Program-made: the position numbers and the translations under genes
In this document: positions 25,818 to 51,188 of the stretch, piece after piece
How the letters are laid out: the number at the start of each line of letters is the position of its first letter
How positions within the stretch are numbered: the stretch's first letter is position 1
Origin: Camelus ferus
Lineage: Eukaryota
Length of the DNA stretch: 64,000 nt
Reading direction: 5' to 3'
NCBI RefSeq assembly: GCF_009834535.1
Contig: NC_045713.1
Location: 18,786,001-18,850,000, forward strand
Notes under the pieces: generated by a model
Databases searched by the model: none
The model's input: only the letters and a program-made list of their open reading frames with translations
What the model was told of the DNA's origin: nothing

Positions 25818-26849
25818 AAGAAACTAAAGAAAACCCATATGCAGTCCTGCGAGAAGAGACACGGCTGTGTGAAGAGACAAAGGCGCAATGTTTCACAGAG
25901 GTCTTGCTGCAGCTGAGGCATTTGACAGTCATTCCTGGGGGGCTCCGGCTCTGAGGCAGGTGAGATGCAGTAGCTGGGAACTGGAGGTGGAGACAACACA
26001 GTCCCTGCCTTAGGATGGACTACCGTTTCATTGTCTCATCGGTGGAGGCGTCCATGTAAACAGATAAATTACAGTGCAGGGTAATTAGAACCACACTAGT
26101 GAAGTAGGGGGCACAGCTGGCGGCCAGAGAAAGGTGCCACGAATTCTGTTCCAAGTGAGGGGCTGGGAAGAGAAGGGAGCTGGGGAGAGAAGGCTTGGTG
26201 GCGAGTGGGGGTGATGGTGGCATGGGCCAAATGTCGAGAGGAGAAGGGACTGGGTGGGCAGGAGGACGAGAGCGTTTTAGGCAGCTGGAGTAGCAGGAGC
26301 AAACTGCAGGCTGCTGAGGGGCTGGCGTGTGGGACATGGCGGGCAGGAGGGTAGTAGGTAGTGCCAATTTAGTGAAGTCACTTCTCTCATGAGACTTTGG
26401 TTTATTCACTGGAACAGTGAAGGGTGAGCAGGAAAGCAATGTTCACATTTGTTTTTGTGGTAAAACCCTTTGTTCAGATGAAACCTTTGTGAAGGCTCAA
26501 TGTGTAAAGGAGGAGGTGGAGAATGTTTTGTTTTTCTTCCCCTTAACAGGAAACACATCTGCCGTTGTTTAGAAATATATTGCGAAAAATCCTTGATGGG
26601 GGAAGGCGCAGATTCTCACCCTATGGTCTGAATGTGCACCAGGACTTGGAGAAGAAGACAGAGCTGCTTTGTCTGAGGGAGGGAGTAGCTCTGAGGCAGT
26701 GGAGGTGTGGGGGGCAGGCAAGAGGTTATCCAGCAAAACGGGAAGGTTCACAAGGCTCCTGCCATGGCCTTCCTTCTCCAGGCTCACCCATAAAGTCTAT
26801 TCTCCGCTTTATCAAAATCTGGAGCGATGAACCCTTTTAAAAGGCAAAA

Positions 26850-27260
26850 CCCTTTCAATGGCTCCCGTCACTCTCAGAAGGACTCCAAACTCCTGATCAC
26901 AGCCTCCAGGCCCTGCACCCTCTGTCCACTGGCTGCCGCCCAGACCTCACCTCCCGCTCACTTCCCACCAGCCACCCTACCCTCCCTGCTGTTTCTAAAT
27001 TCATCCCACACACTTCCTGCTCAGGGCTCTGGTACTTATTGTTCCCTCTGCCAGGCCCACTCCTCACCCAAATATCTGTATTTCTCTCCATCACTTCAAC
27101 TGGGACTCTTTGCAAATGTTACCCAAGCAGAGGGCGCTGCAGCCAGAGGAGCGGCTTCCCCACCCCGCTGCACACTCTCACTCTGCTTTGATGACTTCTT
27201 CATAGCACAGATCGCGCGGTAGTTGTTCATTTGTTGACTCCCCCCTCTCAGCACCCCCAT
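26850..27260 (+). mobile_element. L2 3' end
   Basis: AATGGCTCCC...CTCCTGATCACAGCCTCCAGGCCCTGCAC...TTCCCTCTGCCAGG, typical L2 3' text. Confidence 0.6.
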
Positions 27261-28241
27261 TGGAGTGAAAGCCTGCAACAGCAGAAAGCTTGGGAAGACT
27301 TTCCCGCCTGTAGGACTCGGGAAGGGGTGTCCTTTCACTGCTTGTAGGATTGGGACAGGGAGGCCCCCAGCTGGCACATGGGTTCAACGTGGAACAGTTC
27401 AAACAGGACCGAATGAGGTGGAAGCAGAGGTGAGGCCTTCACCTGCTTCCTTCTGGCTACTCAGGTGCAGTGTCAGTGCAAACCCAGCGCATAGATTGTG
27501 AACTTCAAGACGTAGAAGTCACCCAAGGAAACTATAGGCATATGAAATGAGAAGCTTGAAGTCAGAGAGGATTGGGGAACACCAGCGTTTGATGGTTGGT
27601 GCAAATAAGAGGAATCAGGCAAAGAAATAGAGAATGGAGTGGTCTGGGAGGTAAACAGCAGGAGGACTGATGCGCACGAAGGCAAGACAGAAATTTCAAG
27701 GAGTGGTTAATGCCTCTGAAAAGTCAAGAAAAGGACAGGCTTCAGTTTCCTCAGCTTTAGCAACCAGAGGTTCCTTAATAATCTTGACAGAGAAAGTTTT
27801 AGTGGATTGAGGGAAGCTGGAGACAGGCTGCAACTGGTTAAGGAATGAATGGCAGTGAGGAAATACAGCCAACAAGAACTGGATGTTTCGAGAAGTTTGG
27901 CTCTAGAAAGGTAGAAAATATTCCAGTAAGTAATATTTATGGGGAATGTAAGAAAGCAGGGGTTTTGTTTTTCATCCTAGACAAGGAAGAGACATGAGCA
28001 TGAGTTAGAGGAAGAGGCTGAATATTCAGGGAAGAGAAGATAATTGATGGAGCAAAGTCTCAGAAAAGATTGGCAAGGATGTTTCAAGTAGGTTTGGGAG
28101 CAGGGAACTTTAAGAAAGAGAGAAGAAAATAAAGAGTGAAGGTATAGGTTAGTTTCTGTTGGGGGGGCAGGTATAGAGTGAAATTTGAGGAAGTTAACAC
28201 CACACCTTTACTTTTTCAGTTAAATAAGTAAAGTTATTTGC

Positions 28242-28447
28242 TGTATCAGTCAGGTTCTACCAGAGAAAGAACCAGTAGGAGGTATACGTACATATATACA
28301 ACAAGAGATTTATTGCAAAGGATTGGTTTATGCAACTGTTGAGGCTGGCTAGGCAAGCCTGAAATCTGGAAGCTTCCAGGCAAGAGGAGATGCTGCAGTG
28401 TATAGGTAGAATTTCTTCTTCCTCAGGGAAACCTCAATTTGGCTCTT
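28242..28447. mobile_element. ERVL MLT2-type LTR fragment
   Basis: TGTATCAGTCAGGTTCTACCAGAGAAAGAACCAGTAGGA...AGAGATTTATTGCAAAGGATTGG. Confidence 0.7.
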
Positions 28448-31400
28448 TTTTTTCCCTGAAGATGAATTTATTAGGTTATCAAAACCCATGCTTTTAGTAA
28501 CTTCATTTTCTTTTAAAATTTTTTTCCAGCTTTATTAAGGTATATTTGTCAAAATTCTAATGTATTTAAAGTGTACAATGTGATGATTTGACGTACGTAA
28601 TGAGTCCTCCGGCTCCCAATGCAGAGCGCAAAAGGGGGAGCTATTTCGAGGGAACACAGGGCCAGGCCTCTTGAGCAGCCCCAAGAGTAGAGAAGCCCCA
28701 ACCTGTGCAAGCTGATGCAGGTCCCTAACAGCAATCACCAACAAAACCAATCCTCTAAGTAATGCAAGGCTCCCTTTTAGGCTGCACCTCATGGATTTCA
28801 AGAAAGTTTTTGGACCAATAAATTCAAGTCCAGCCAATGAAAGTGTGCAGTCCTTGGTGTTATCAGGAATTTGGGCTTGTACGTGCTGGGGAAAGATAGC
28901 AAATACAGGCCGATTACTAACATACGGCATATGAGAGAACACTTAAGGATCACTTCAGGTAGGAAGGCTATATTGACATGTTTACATGTTTAACATGTCA
29001 CACATGTTTATTTCTTTCAGGGAAAACAGTAGGGAGAGATGAAAAATGAAAGAGGCAACTAACATTACATGTTCAGGTACTCTTCAAAATGACCTCATTG
29101 AATTGTGACAATTCTATTGGAAAGTAGTAGCATTATTTCCCTTTTTTTAGATGAAGTGACCATGATAGAAGGCCGTTGCTATGTTTGTAGGTGATGAGAG
29201 TCACAAGGACAGATGTCAGAGGTCACCGTGTCCCCTCCCCCAAACTTACACCCCTGTCTATTCCCCAGGATTGAATAACTGAGCAAATCCAAGCAAAAAG
29301 AAACTTTTCTCCCTGATTCTCTGCTTTAGTTTGTCATCAAAAGGAAACTCACCTAAAAACCCTCTAAATCTTAGTAGAACAAATTAAAATGAGATCATTG
29401 TACTTAGTACAAAACTAAAGCTAAGATAAATTACTTCATTCAGTCATATTATAAGTATTTATTAAGTGCCTATGATGTATCAGGCACTCTGCTAAATGTT
29501 ATTTGTCCAAAGTCACAAACAGTATGTAGCAGAGCCAGGATTAAACTCAGGTCTTTCTGATGTTAAAGCCTGGGCATTTTTCACATATTCATGATTTTCA
29601 AACATCTTAGAAACAAGTCTTACAAGGAATTCCAATATGAGGATCACACAGTTGGAAAACCATGTCATGCTTCCACACACAAGTTTTGACAAATGCATAC
29701 ACCTGTGTAACCCAACTCCTATCAAGATATAGGACTTTGCCACCATCCCAGAAAATTCCCTCTGGGCCCTTCCTAGCTACTTCCTGCCCCCAACTCCCAA
29801 GAAGCAATTACTCTTCTGACTTTTTTACCATAGACTAGTTTAGCTTGTTCTGCACTCAATCTGTTGTGTCACTACATATCATATAGTGTTTAGATAGGTT
29901 TATAAAAATGTAAGACAATGCTGCTCTTCCAATTATTTTTTGCTTTGGAAAATAGTCTTTTAAAAATTAAAATGCTATATATGTAATATGTAATTTTTTT
30001 TGTTATTGTAATTTTGGCAATTTTTAATGGAAATATAATTCACATAACCTAAAACTGACTATTTTTAAGTGTACCCTTCAGTGGTTTTTAGTATATTCAC
30101 TATGTTGTACAATTATCACCACCGCCTAATTCCAGAACACTTTCATCACCCCAAAAAGAAATTCCATACCTATTAGAAATACTCCCAGTTCATCAGTCCA
30201 TCACCGTCTCCTGGCAACTTTCTGTTTCTACAGATTTGTTTCTGTAATTTTAAAGTGCGTTAATAAATATTTCAAACTTGTGTTACTTTCTAACACAGTA
30301 AATATGGATAGACAAAACCTATATAAAGCAAAGAGCTTTGGGGCCTCAATTTCTAAGAACGCAAAGGGATTCCAAGGCCCCAAAATTTGCAAACCACTGG
30401 TCTAATATTTGGGGCTTGTATGTTTTGTTGTGTTTCTTGATAGGTTGGACATAATGTCTAAACCAGGGCCCTACCAGGAGCTCAAAGATGGGATGGTCAT
30501 CCCTGATTAAGATTCCAGAAGGGATGGGGAACTACTTAACAGTTGACGACTGAACCCATATGACATGGGACCAAGGGTGAAGTTGACTAAGTAACAGACC
30601 ATGACTTTACCATCCACTCCGACGTGTTGAGTGCTGAGTAAGGAACATCCAAGCTGCTGTCCTCAGCTCAACCATGCGACATAAGGGGACACATGTCACC
30701 TGGTCCCTGCACTTCATGTAGCGGCTTGGGGCTCAGCAAGAGATGAGTGCAACGTGACCGACCATAATCCAGCCAGTGTGGTCTAGACCTAAATAAGTGA
30801 CCAGAAGTTAAAGCACCATTGACTGGCACTGACGTCAAGTCCTGAAATCCACAAACGATTCCCGCCCCACAGGCGCAAGAAACAACTTCTGAGGCAAGAA
30901 AACTGTAAAACTGAAGATCACTACGAGTCGTTTAGAATAATCCCGTTTCCATGCAACATTTTCCTTATCCCTATAACGTGCCTTATTCTGCCACTTAAAA
31001 AAAAAAAATAGCGGCAATTGTATTCAGTTTCAAGAAATTTCTGGATAAATCTATTGCCTTCGATCTCTGCTTGATTCCTACCAAAATTAGTAGTTATTTG
31101 AAGGGGGATAGTGAGGCGAAAAGTCTACACTTAAAGCAAATCTACATCTCGAAACGCAGAAGGTAAAGGGAGCCCATTGCCAGGAAGCGCTCACCAGCTG
31201 CCCCGACAGCCAAGGTCGCCGAAAACTCGGGACTCTGGAGTTCACGCGGGACCGCCGGCCCTGACGTCAACGGCCAGGTAGCCGACGTGCGCGCATGCGT
31301 TCTCCGCCAGGGCCCACTTTCTTGCCGGGCCCGGAGGGGAGCCCTAGAGGGCGGGATAGTTGCGAGGTACGAGCAGAGGCTTCCGGTGGCGAGTGGCGGT

Positions 31401-31475
31401 GATTGGTGGAGCTCAGGAGAGGGGGCGGGGCAGCGGGAAATTCGAATAGAGAGGCGGGTCCAAAGAGGGAGTGGA

Positions 31476-45336
<13,861 letters not shown>

Positions 45337-45449
45337 CCGCCAGCTCCCCTCATTTTTTTTTTTAATCTTTGTATAACTGCTTGTCATGTAAATACAGTTT
45401 TTACTCCATTGCTTCAGCTTGATTCTTGGGACTGCGGGGATGGGGTCGG

Positions 45450-47657
45450 GTTATAATTGCCCTTGGGATGAGCCACAAGCTCCGCGGGATGACTTTTTTG
45501 GGCGCCATCTTTGGGAAAACATGAAACAGCGCAGGATTGTAAATAAACCGCTGGAGTTGGGAGGGGGAAAAGACGGTGGCCGAGAGGAAACAAAAACCTG
45601 ACGCGAAAATCCGAGGACGACGACCGTTAGGCGGGAGCGCGCTTAGAGCTTAGCCCCGCCCCATCTGAACCCCTGGCGCGCGCTCCCTACTCTCCCGCTC
45701 GGCAACGACAGCGAATTTGTGCGCGTGCGCGCGAAATAACGGCCGCTGGCGTAGGGAGGAGGGGGGTGGAATCTTTGAGGGGGGGAAGAGAGAAGCCGCC
45801 CCGTCTCCCGCGCGCCCACCACCTGCGCCATCGTCAGCCAATCAGCGGCCGTCTCAGGGGTCTCGCGCTTGGGGTGACTCCGGCTGCTGGGTGGCTCCCC
45901 CGTCCCTCCTCCCGCCAGAGTCCCTCTCGTTCCTCCCCCCTCCCCCTGGCCTCGCGCGCGCTCGCGCTCGCGCCCGCTCCAGCCTCTTGTGTGTCCTCGC
46001 GCCCCCCGCCCGCCCTCCCCGCGCGCAGTGTGCTCCGCTCCCCCCACCCTCCTCCTCCTTCCCCCCTCCCGCCCGCCCCGCGCGCCTCCTCCCCGGGTTC
46101 CCCCTCCCCCACGGCCGCCTCCTCCTCCTCCCGCCCCAGGGTGAGCGCGAGCCACCTCCCTCCCTCCCTCCGCCATGGATCCCGGCAACTGGAGCAGCTT
46201 CATCTTCCAGGTAACAACCCCCTCCCCCCGCCCCCACCCCCCCTTCCCACACCCCCTCCCGCCCGCCCGCCCTCNNNNNNNNNNNNNNNNNNNNNNNNNN
46301 NNNNNNNNNNNNNNNNNNNNNNNNNNNNNNNNNNNNNNNNNNNNNNNNNNNNNNNNNNNNNNNNNNNNNNNNNNNNNNNNNNNNNNNNNNNNNNNNNNNN
46401 NNNNNNNNNNNNNNNNNNNNNNNNNNNNNNNNNNNNNNNNNNNNNNNNNNNNNNNNNNNNNNNNNNNNNNNNNNNNNNNNNNNNNNNNNNNNNNNNNNNN
46501 NNNNNNNNNNNNNNNNNNNNNNNNNNNNNNNNNNNNNNNNNNNNNNNNNNNNNNNNNNNNNNNNNNNNNNNNNNNNNNNNNNNNNNNNNNNNNNNNNNNN
46601 NNNNNNNNNNNNNNNNNNNNNNNNNNNNNNNNNNNNNNNNNNNNNNNNNNNNNNNNNNNNNNNNNNNNNNNNNNNNNNNNGCCCCCGGCCCCCGTTGAGT
46701 CCCGGGGGCCCCGCCGTGGCCGAGGCCATGTTNNNNNNNNNNNNNNNNNNNNNNNNNNNNNNNNNNNNNNNNNNNNNNNNNNNNNNNNNNNNNNNNNNNN
46801 NNNNNNNNNNNNNNNNNNNNNNNNNNNNNNNNNNNNNNNNNNNNNNNNNNNNNNNNNNNNNNNNNNNNNNNNNNNNNNNNNNNNNNNNNNNNNNNNNNNN
46901 NNNNNNNNNNNNNNNNNNNNNNNNNNNNNNNNNNNNGTGGCGGGCCGGGCCGGGAGGGCGCCTACCCGCGGCCGCGGCCCACACGGCGCCTTGTCTTCGC
47001 AGGCCGCGCCGGCGCCCCCACCCACGCCCCAGGCCCCGGCGGCCGAGCCCCTCCAGGTGGACTTGCTCCCGGTTCTCGCCGCCGCCCAGGAGTCCGCCGC
47101 GGCCGCGGCTGCGGCCGCCGCTGCTGCCGCCGCCGCCGCCGTTGCTGCTGCGCCCCCGGCCCCGGCCGCCGCCTCCACTGTGGACACAGCGGCTCTGAAG
47201 CAGCCCCCGGCGCCCCCTCCGCCGCCCCCGCCGGTGTCGGCGCCCGCCGCGGAGGCCGCGCCCCCTGTCTCTGCCTCCACCATCGCCGCAGCCGCGGCCA
47301 CCGCCGTCGTAGCCCCAACTTCGACGGTCGCCGTGGCCCCGGTTGCATCTGCCTTGGAGAAGAAGACAAAGAGCAAGGGGCCCTACATTTGCGCCCTGTG
47401 CGCCAAGGAGTTCAAGAACGGCTACAATCTCCGGAGGCACGAGGCCATCCACACAGGAGCCAAAGCCGGCCGGGTCCCCTCGGGTGCTATGAAGATGCCC
47501 ACAATGGTGCCCCTGAGCCTCCTGAGTGTGCCCCAGCTGAGTGGAGCCGGCGGGGGAGGGGGAGAAGCGGGTGCCGGCGGCGGGGCGGCCGCAGTGGCCG
47601 CCGGTGGCGTGGTGACCACGACCGCCTCGGGAAAGCGCATCCGGAAGAACCACGCCT
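45450..47657. promoter_or_regulatory. MAZ CpG island (promoter and 5' exons)
   Basis: Very high GC and CpG content, many CCCTCCC/GGGAGGG and GC-box motifs, CCAAT at about 45838. Confidence 0.85.
46175..46210 (+). CDS. MAZ: MAZ alternative first coding exon (MDPGNWSSFIFQ)
   Basis: Strong Kozak CGCCATGG, 12 codons, then donor CAG|GTAACA. Matches the recalled alternative N-terminus of mammalian MAZ. Confidence 0.8.
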
Positions 47658-50249
47658 NNNNNNNNNNNNNNNNNNNNNNNNNNNNNNNNNNNNNNNNNNN
47701 NNNNNNNNNNNNNNNNNNNNNNNNNNNNNNNNNNNNNNNNNNNNNNNNNNNNNNNNNNNNNNNNNNNNNNNNNNNNNNNNNNNNNNNNNNNNNNNNNNNN
47801 NNNNNNNNNNNNNNNNNNNNNNNNNNNNNNNNNNNNNNNNNNNNNNNNNNNNNNNNNNNNNNNNNNNNNNNNNNNNNNNNNNNNNNNNNNNNNTGGGAAG
47901 GGAGGGACAGACGGCGATGGAGGTGGCCTGGCCTTGGCTGGTGGGGAGGGAGGGAGGTTTCTGAGGATGGGGACAGGGAGCCACTCCCAGGGAGGAGGGA
48001 GGAAAGCCTCTCCTGGTTACCAGGGAGCAGGGGGTGGTACTTAGCAAAGGAGGTGGGTCCTTGGGTTATAGGAGATCTTCGCGTGGGAGGAGGAGGAGGC
48101 AGCTCTGCGGAGAGGAGGGATTTCCTGCCTAACCAGGACTCTGAATCCCCGAGCTTGGGGAAAAATGCAGGGACCTTTGGAAAGGCCTGATGTACTAAGT
48201 TAGGCAGTTTGGGGGGCACCTCCACACCCCAGGGCCCTAACCCCAACCCCAACGTATCCCCAGGCCGGATCACCTCAACAGTCACGTCAGACAAGTGCAC
48301 TCAACAGAACGGCCCTTCAAATGTGAGGTAGGAAGCCCGCCTCCTCCTGTCCTAGATTTCATGATTTTGATCCTCATTGTAGTTGTCTGAGTTCAGCCTC
48401 TCAGACCCCCTTTTTCTCTCTCTTTTTGCTTTTTCACTCCATTTTCTCATCCCTTCTTCAAGACCTCGTCATCTCACTCCCATTTCCTACAGATCAAAGA
48501 TCCCCAAGGCTCTGATTCCTTTAACCTCTTGTTCCCCTCTCCCCATTCCCAGAAGCTTTAACTCTCCTGACACCCCCCACGCCCCTCCCCCCTCCCCAGA
48601 AATGTGAGGCAGCTTTTGCTACGAAGGATCGACTGCGGGCCCACACAGTACGACACGAGGAGAAGGTGCCATGTCATGTGTGTGGCAAGATGTTGAGCTC
48701 GGCTTATATTTCGGACCACATGAAGGTGCACAGCCAGGGCCCTCACCATGTCTGTGAGCTCTGCAACAAAGGTACATGCTGAGGGATGCCGCAAGGGCTG
48801 GGGATAGTGGGTGGGGACAGGACCACAGGCCCTTCCACAGATGTGGGTTAAAGGTGCTGTAGTCAAGAGCTCGTGGCATCTAGAGCCCTTTAGGAACCAA
48901 GTGAAGCAACATTGGGACCACTGAACATCAGTTCTAAGAGGTCATGGGTGGAGGAGATGCTCTGCCAGAAAGAGACAACTTCTGGGTGTGTGTTGGGAGG
49001 TGGAAGGGGAACACAACTGCTTTGGGGGAGTGGTCAAGAGAGCCAGTTCCCAAGAGTCGGAAGGCAAAGTTTCAGCTGTGCAGCCACAAGTTCTTGTCTT
49101 CAGCTCCTGGGCAAGTGGGGTATGTTGGCAGGGATTTAACAGGCACTCGCCCTGCCCCAGTAGCAGAGAAAGCTGCTTTTAAACAAATGTACTTCTTCCC
49201 TGAGTAATCGGGTTGAGCCGTATGGGGCACTGGAGGGAGGGGACACAGCCGTCTCTGCTGAGGGTCAACTCTTCAAGTGGCTAGGAATCAGTGTCCTGTC
49301 ACCCTGGGAGAGATACCCCAGCCAGGGAGAATGGGCTCTGTGGATATCAAGGCCCAGAAGCTGACACTACTCAACCAGTTCTCAAGCTCAGGGTGGGGCT
49401 ATGCCCCACTGGCCCTAGCAGAGTAGTTGGCCCCAGGCTACCAAGGATGTGGGAGGAGGACAGGGCTATCTGAGGAGGGCGTCCCCAGCCTAGGAGAACA
49501 GCCCCGTCTCTGGGGTCTCCGCCTGGCTGACCCCCACCCCCCCATCCNNNNNNNNNNNNNNNNNNNNNNNNNNNNNNNNNNNNNNNNNNNNNNNNNNNNN
49601 NNNNNNNNNNNNNNNNNNNNNNNNNNNNNNNNNNNNNNNNNNNNNNNNNNNNNNNNNNNNNNNNNNNNNNNNNNNNNNNNNNNNNNNNNNNNNNNNNNNN
49701 NNNNNNNNNNNNNNNNNNNNNNNNNNNNNNNNNNNNNNNNNNNNNNNNNNNNNNNNNNNNNNNNNNNNNNNNNNNNNNNNNNNNNNNNNNNNNNNNNNNN
49801 NNNNNNNCTGGGGGGGGTGGGATGGGGTGTGTGGGACAAGGGGGCTCAAAAGGCCCAATAGGGGATCTTAGGAAGGCCAGGGATGCCCACTTATCACCCA
49901 AGTTAGGGAGATTTCTGGGGACAGGGAGGGCCCTTCAGGAGAACTGGGTAAGGATGCAGGCTGAAGCCTCTGGGGACCAAGCAGGAAGTGAGCAACGGCT
50001 GTGTCCCAGGGGAGGGTGTCTGGGGAAGAGTCTGGGGCAAGGGGCAGGGTGCTTGCCATTCAGATCGCGCTGTGATCTGGTGTTTCTCGCTGCGCAGGTA
50101 CAGGTGAAGTATGTCCAATGGCAGCAGCGGCGGCAGCAGCGGCGGCAGCGGCGGCAGCAGTGGCAGCCCCTCCCACAGCTGTGGGCTCCCTCTCGGGGGC
50201 CGAGGGGGTGCCCGTGAGCTCTCAGCCACTTCCCTCCCAGCCCTGGTGA
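46728..50249 (+). CDS. MAZ: Myc-associated zinc finger protein (C2H2), about 478 aa
   Basis: ATG at 46728 (rest of exon 1 in N-run). Exon 2 is 47003-~47859 (end in N-run), then 48264-48327, 48600-48771 and 50098-50249. Visible sequence includes EPLQVDLLPVLAAAQES, poly-Ala/Pro tracts, YICALCAKEFKNGYNLRRHEAIH, PDHLNSHVRQVH, KCEAAFATKDRLRAH and ...PLPSQPW*. Confidence 0.95.
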
Positions 50250-51171
50250 GCTCCAAGTTGGTGGGGAGGAGAGGGGAGAATGGAGGAAAGTTCCTTGACA
50301 CCATCTCCTCTTCCCCTCTCTCCTCACCAACTCCTCACTACTTCCCCCACCAACCAAGGAGCCTCCAGAAGGAAAGGAGGAAGAAATGTTTTCTTAGGGG
50401 AATTCACTAGGTTTTAACGATTTGTTTCTCCTGCTCCTCTCTTCTCCCTATCAGACCTGACCCCACACACACCTGTCCCCTCGGTTGTGTTGAAGCCCCC
50501 TGGACAGTGAGTGGGCAGGGGTGGCAGAGGACAGGAGCAGCCACTGCCCTCACTCCCTCTCCTCTCTGTAACCCCCTGCCCGGCCCTTCCAGGGATTTGT
50601 GAGCCTTCTCCCTCGATGGTCCTTCTCGCTCTCCTTCCAGTCCCCCCACCCCCCCATTGTCTGCTGCCCCTCCCTGGGGAGTTGGTGCTTTTTTTTTTTT
50701 CCAGGGGGAGGGAGGAGAGGAAGGAGGGGAAGCAAAGATTCTGTCCCAGAGAGGGGAAAAGGTGAGATTTGAGAAGGGGCAGAAGCAGGGAAGGCAAAGG
50801 TTGTACCTTCATAAGGTGGGGTTGTTTGGGGTCAGGCCCTAAACATCATCCTACTTGAGAATCTGTCAGGGGAAAACAAGTCAAGGGGAGCAAAAGAAGG
50901 AGCCACTAGGGCCAGAGGCAGGACAAGAGATGGAATCTTAGGGGGCCAGGGTAAATGGGGGGATCCAGGGACTAGAGGTGCTTCCTGGGGGTGGGGGGAA
51001 TGCAGCTGCAGTGTCTCCCCCTTCCCTCTTCCACCCCAGCTCCAGCCCTGGCCTTTTCTTTTCATCCCTCTCCCCCACGACAGAAGCTGTGGCCCTGGCC
51101 ATGTCATCGTGTTCCTGTGTCCCCTGCATGTTCCCCTCCCTTCACCTCCCATTTTGCGCGGACCCCATTAC

Positions 51172-51188
51172 AATAAATTTTAAATAAA
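51172..51188 (+). terminator. MAZ poly(A) signals (two AATAAA)
   Basis: AATAAA at 51172-51177 and 51183-51188. Confidence 0.8.

Noticed and set aside
26560-26840. ORF with GGRRRFSPYG and SILRFI, faintly like ZG16 GGGGKRFSHSG and TVLRFI, after an acceptor-like site
   Set aside because: The spacing between motifs (about 66 aa versus about 100) and the intervening sequence do not fit, so it is probably chance. Kept only as a tblastn target.
28535-28942. 135-aa minus-strand ORF and three CCAAT motifs
   Set aside because: No recognisable family and it overlaps an L1 tip, so it is probably LTR-derived or chance.
31287-31475. In-frame upstream extension of KIF22 from GTG 31287
   Set aside because: It starts within promoter motifs upstream of the probable TSS.
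45643-47653. Long minus-strand ORFs (577 and 599 aa) opposite MAZ
   Set aside because: They are artefacts of extreme GC content and translation through N-runs, and mirror the MAZ poly-Ala/Pro codons.
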